DNA of 49,054 bases from Thomasclavelia sp. (GTDB lineage: Bacteria > Bacillota_I > Bacilli_A > Erysipelotrichales > Erysipelotrichaceae): positions 1 through 49,054 of the forward strand of contig JAHHTG010000001.1 in the NCBI GenBank assembly GCA_020024765.1, written 5' to 3'. Shown piece by piece: positions 46,154 to 49,054 of this stretch. Numbering within the stretch: position 1 is the first letter of the stretch; each line of letters starts with the position of its first letter. The notes beneath the pieces are model-generated. The model saw only the letters and a list, made by a program, of their open reading frames with translations. It had not been told where the DNA came from and did not search any database. The position numbers and the translations under genes were made by a program.

Positions 46154-47089
46154 TTATAGTTTTACAATTTCTACACTTGGTAGAATTGCCTCGATTTCTT
46201 CTCGATTTGCTAAACCTTCTTTAAAAGCAGTTGCACTACCTGCGGCACAGGCATAAGCAAAAGCTTCAAGCGGATTAGCACCACGTTGTAAGTTGAAGAC
46301 ATAAGCCCCAATCATCGAATCACCACAACCGGTTGTTGAAACAACTCGGCCTTCAATATGATGAGATTGGTAAACACCATCTTCATTAACTAATAATGCC
46401 CCGTCAGTGCCGAGTGACACAAGGACATTGACTGCCCCATAACTTAATAGGACTTTCGCACATTTAACAATATCTTCAAAACTCTTAAGATTACACTTAC
46501 TTTTTGTAATTGAACAATATAGTTCCGATAATTCTAAACAGTTGGGTTTAATGAGACATGGATGGTATTTTAAACATTCCGCCATTAAAGTTGGATTGGT
46601 ATCCAAAATGATACGAATATTCCTTTGACTTAAGTCAGCCACCAAATTTAACATACGTTGATGCATATCATTTTGGACATGCCCACTCAAAACAAAGGTA
46701 TCACCACTGTAAATGCGCTCAGTACGAGCCAAAAAATCATTAAATTCTTGATCACTAATCATCGGTCCTTTAGCGTTAATATCAGTCTCTAAGTCATTGC
46801 TATTAAGTTTAATATTAATGCGCGTATTTCCCGCAATCGGTGTAAAATTTGGCAAAATATAACGATATGCTCGCAATAATGATAAATAGTAGTCACGAGT
46901 GAAACCACCTAAAAAACCTATTGCACTCGAGCTAATCATTAAATTGTTTAATACAATTGAAACATTGACGCCTTTTCCACCTGCAACATAGCGTTCAGAG
47001 TCGCATCGATTAACTAAACCGAGTTCAAATTTATTCTCAAGATTAATAAAATAATCAAGTGATGGGTTCACTGTACACGTATAAATCAC
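46154..47089 (-). CDS. PfkB family hexose-phosphate kinase (1-phosphofructokinase / tagatose-6-phosphate kinase type)
   Basis: (M)IYTCTVNPSLDY, GGKGVNVS and TTGCGDSMIGA motifs. The start codon is GTG 47089, with no SD. Confidence 0.85.
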   Translation of the reverse strand: MIYTCTVNPSLDYFINLENKFELGLVNRCDSERYVAGGKGVNVSIVLNNLMISSSAIGFLGGFTRDYYLSLLRAYRYILPNFTPIAGNTRINIKLNSNDLETDINAKGPMISDQEFNDFLARTERIYSGDTFVLSGHVQNDMHQRMLNLVADLSQRNIRIILDTNPTLMAECLKYHPCLIKPNCLELSELYCSITKSKCNLKSFEDIVKCAKVLLSYGAVNVLVSLGTDGALLVNEDGVYQSHHIEGRVVSTTGCGDSMIGAYVFNLQRGANPLEAFAYACAAGSATAFKEGLANREEIEAILPSVEIVKL

Positions 47090-47107
47090 GTTTTAATTAT
47101 ACACTAC

Positions 47108-47136
47108 TTGAGGTTGATTTAAAAATAATTTAGAAT
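47108..47136 (+). promoter_or_regulatory. Candidate promoter TTGAGG-17-TAGAAT, with a 7-nt spacer before the GT39 start codon
   Basis: TTGAGG (47108-47113), TAGAAT (47131-47136), ATG at 47144. The only SD-like string, AGGTG, is just 2 nt from the ATG. Confidence 0.5.
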
Positions 47137-47143
47137 AGGTGAT

Positions 47144-48967
47144 ATGCTATCAAATATCAGCCTAGAACTCTTTAAAAATAGTGAATTATTACCTTTATTA
47201 TGTATTAGTTTTTGTGCATTATTTATTCTGAAAATCATCTTCCAACTGTTTCATTTTAAACGACATTTCTATTTGGTTGCGTTAACTTTGGTTTATGCCA
47301 TTTTCATCTTTCATGACCTTGGCACGCACCAGTTGGCTGCATCATATTTCGACCCAATTGAGAACCACACTATGATCACCTTAGAGGTTGATCAACCATT
47401 TAATCGCATTATTACAATCACCGGGGAAGGTCATAATAACGAAAATAATGGTCAATATCAAATTTACAATTCTGATATTGAAATTGACGCAAGCAATGAT
47501 TTAAGTGGTCCGTGGTATTACATCGCAACACTTAATGATCGTACTTTCTTCAAATACGATTCTCATCAGCTCAAACAAATACATAATGAAAAATATATTC
47601 GTTTAAACTTTCAAAACAAGAACAGTATTTTAAATGAAATATGGTTCCTCTTAGATGATGAAATTATATCAACCCACGTTGTCGATAGTACGATGTCACT
47701 TGATGAGGCCAATAAAATTGTAGATGAACAAGCTATTCTTAATCTTGACTTTGACTACCAAAATGAAACTTATTTTGATGAAGTCTATCATGTTCGAAAT
47801 GCTTATGAAATCTTAAATAACGAAAAATTATATACAGCAACACATCCTCTATTTGGGACGCGTTTAATTGCTTTGGGCATGAAACTATTCGGTGTCTCGC
47901 CTTTTGGTTTCCGTTTCTTTGGCGCCTTATTCAGTGTGATGCTGGTACCATTGATGTATAGTTTCTTAAAGGAATTCTTCAAGAAAGATGCTTGGCCGCT
48001 CTTCGGTGCAACTTTGTTTGCCTTGGATTTTATGCCTTTTGCAACAGGACGTATCGGAACTCTAGAACCATTTAGTGTCTTCTTTATTGTTTTGATGTTC
48101 AAACTATATTTTAAGGCTTTAAAGGTTGACTATACTTTAAATTTCAAAAAGCACATAACATTGATGGCTTTCACAGGTATTGCCATGAGTATTGCAATCA
48201 TCACTAAATGGACTGCTGTTTATGGTGCCTTTGGAATGGGAATTATCTATATCTTAGTTGAGGGTCATTATTATTTAGAAGGCCGTAAACACGTTGAAGA
48301 TATTACCGAAAAAACGTTAAATCTAATTCTTTTCTCGATTCTTTTCTTTGTTTTACTACCGATTATTGTCTATATATTCTCTTTCTACCATTTGCAAATT
48401 TATGCTGAAACACCTAAAACGATTAGCGAATACATCAATCAGGTTATTAGCTATAACATTTATTCATTTGAATATCATAGCGGTTTAACAACAACCCATC
48501 CATTTAGTTCAAAATGGTATATGTGGCTATTTGATATCCGGCCAATTTGGTACTATGTTAAGCGAGCTGGTGATTATGTGCAATCAATCTCTTGCTTCAA
48601 TAATCCGGCTATTACAATTCCAGCCATCCTAAGCGCCATTTATCTAGCATTTCATACTTTTAAACAAAAAGATTTCAAAGGCTTAATCATTCTTATTACT
48701 TATCTATCAGAATTGGTGCCTTGGATTTTTATCAGCCGTGCTAGCTTCGCTTACCACTATTATCCATGCCTTCCATTCATCATCTTAATCTTTACTTATG
48801 TCTTATCACTATTCGCTAAACATAAAGTGATTAAGAAACAGCTTAAAATATATTTAGCAATTGTACTTACGTGCTTCATTATCTTCATGCCAGCATTCAG
48901 TGGTTTCAAAACCACAAAGACTTATATCAATTTGATTGAAGTTTTGCCAACTTGGAAGTTTGAATAA
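47144..48967 (+). CDS. GT39/PMT-family (dolichyl-phosphate-mannose-protein mannosyltransferase-like) membrane glycosyltransferase
   Basis: 607 aa. The FDEVYHVRNAYE acidic loop motif follows TM helices, and there are many more TM helices. An additional ~150-aa soluble insert precedes the DE motif. Confidence 0.85.
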   Translation: MLSNISLELFKNSELLPLLCISFCALFILKIIFQLFHFKRHFYLVALTLVYAIFIFHDLGTHQLAASYFDPIENHTMITLEVDQPFNRIITITGEGHNNENNGQYQIYNSDIEIDASNDLSGPWYYIATLNDRTFFKYDSHQLKQIHNEKYIRLNFQNKNSILNEIWFLLDDEIISTHVVDSTMSLDEANKIVDEQAILNLDFDYQNETYFDEVYHVRNAYEILNNEKLYTATHPLFGTRLIALGMKLFGVSPFGFRFFGALFSVMLVPLMYSFLKEFFKKDAWPLFGATLFALDFMPFATGRIGTLEPFSVFFIVLMFKLYFKALKVDYTLNFKKHITLMAFTGIAMSIAIITKWTAVYGAFGMGIIYILVEGHYYLEGRKHVEDITEKTLNLILFSILFFVLLPIIVYIFSFYHLQIYAETPKTISEYINQVISYNIYSFEYHSGLTTTHPFSSKWYMWLFDIRPIWYYVKRAGDYVQSISCFNNPAITIPAILSAIYLAFHTFKQKDFKGLIILITYLSELVPWIFISRASFAYHYYPCLPFIILIFTYVLSLFAKHKVIKKQLKIYLAIVLTCFIIFMPAFSGFKTTKTYINLIEVLPTWKFE

Positions 48968-49008
48968 TTTATTAATAATATCTATTAAACCCGAGTATCA
49001 TTGATATG

Positions 49009-49049
49009 TACCCTCTTTACTGGACAAACCAGTAAGGAGGGTATTTTTT
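49009..49049 (+). terminator. Rho-independent terminator after the GT39 gene
   Basis: TACCCTCTTTACTGG-ACAAA-CCAGTAAGGAGGGTA (15-bp stem with one G-U pair) followed by TTTTTT. Confidence 0.8.
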
Positions 49050-49054
49050 ATGCG

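Noticed and set aside
1-49054. CRISPR arrays, IS elements, prophage or integrative-element boundaries
   Set aside because: I saw no repeat-spacer periodicity, no transposase, integrase or recombinase ORFs, no long direct or inverted terminal repeats, and no obvious compositional break. The window looks like core chromosome.

Overview
Low-GC, Firmicutes-type chromosomal segment (Erysipelotrichia/Bacilli-like gene content). It holds about 48 protein-coding genes, mostly on the minus strand. I see no rRNA, tRNA, CRISPR array, transposase, integrase or phage genes. All product calls rest on motifs read from the translations and on remembered family signatures; no database search was possible.

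Gene content is housekeeping and metabolism:
- Translation and RNA modification: rplU-prp-rpmA-obg, two U32 (TrhP/RlhA-type) genes followed by two SpoU methyltransferases, an RNA methyltransferase plus an RluA-family synthase, rlmA.
- Sugar and carbon use: malQ, glpK, galM-galK, mglBAC with a consensus cre site, a PfkB kinase.
- Peptide and amino-acid turnover: CyuA-like cysteine desulfidase, DmpA-like peptidase, M29 and M18 aminopeptidases.
- Transport: ZIP, NSS, MATE and a folate-type ECF S component.
- Envelope and lipids: an arylsulfotransferase-like lipoprotein, a VanY-like protein, patatin, cardiolipin synthase, a GT39 glycosyltransferase.
- Also pcrA, a padR gene with a DUF2812 partner, and two GNAT genes.

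Main observations:
1. One uninterrupted ORF (12184-14760, minus) fuses a complete EF-G/TetM-family translational GTPase to a Rae1/YacP-type NYN RNase domain. It is translationally coupled to glpK. This is my best candidate for an uncharacterised ribosome-directed system.
2. Several genes have no Shine-Dalgarno, and a sigma-A -10 box sits 5-8 nt upstream of the start codon. This points to leaderless mRNAs. The best cases are 35189, 38904 and the 47144/47089 pair.
3. The VanY/M15B-like protein has every metal-ligand and catalytic position substituted, so it is probably a pseudoenzyme.
4. A roughly 440-bp AT-rich region (36168-36610) has no long ORF. It contains a 14-codon sORF preceded by a Shine-Dalgarno, a perfect 19-bp palindrome and a terminator-like hairpin.
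5. The DUF2812 partner of padR has an in-frame TAG at a conserved Trp position.
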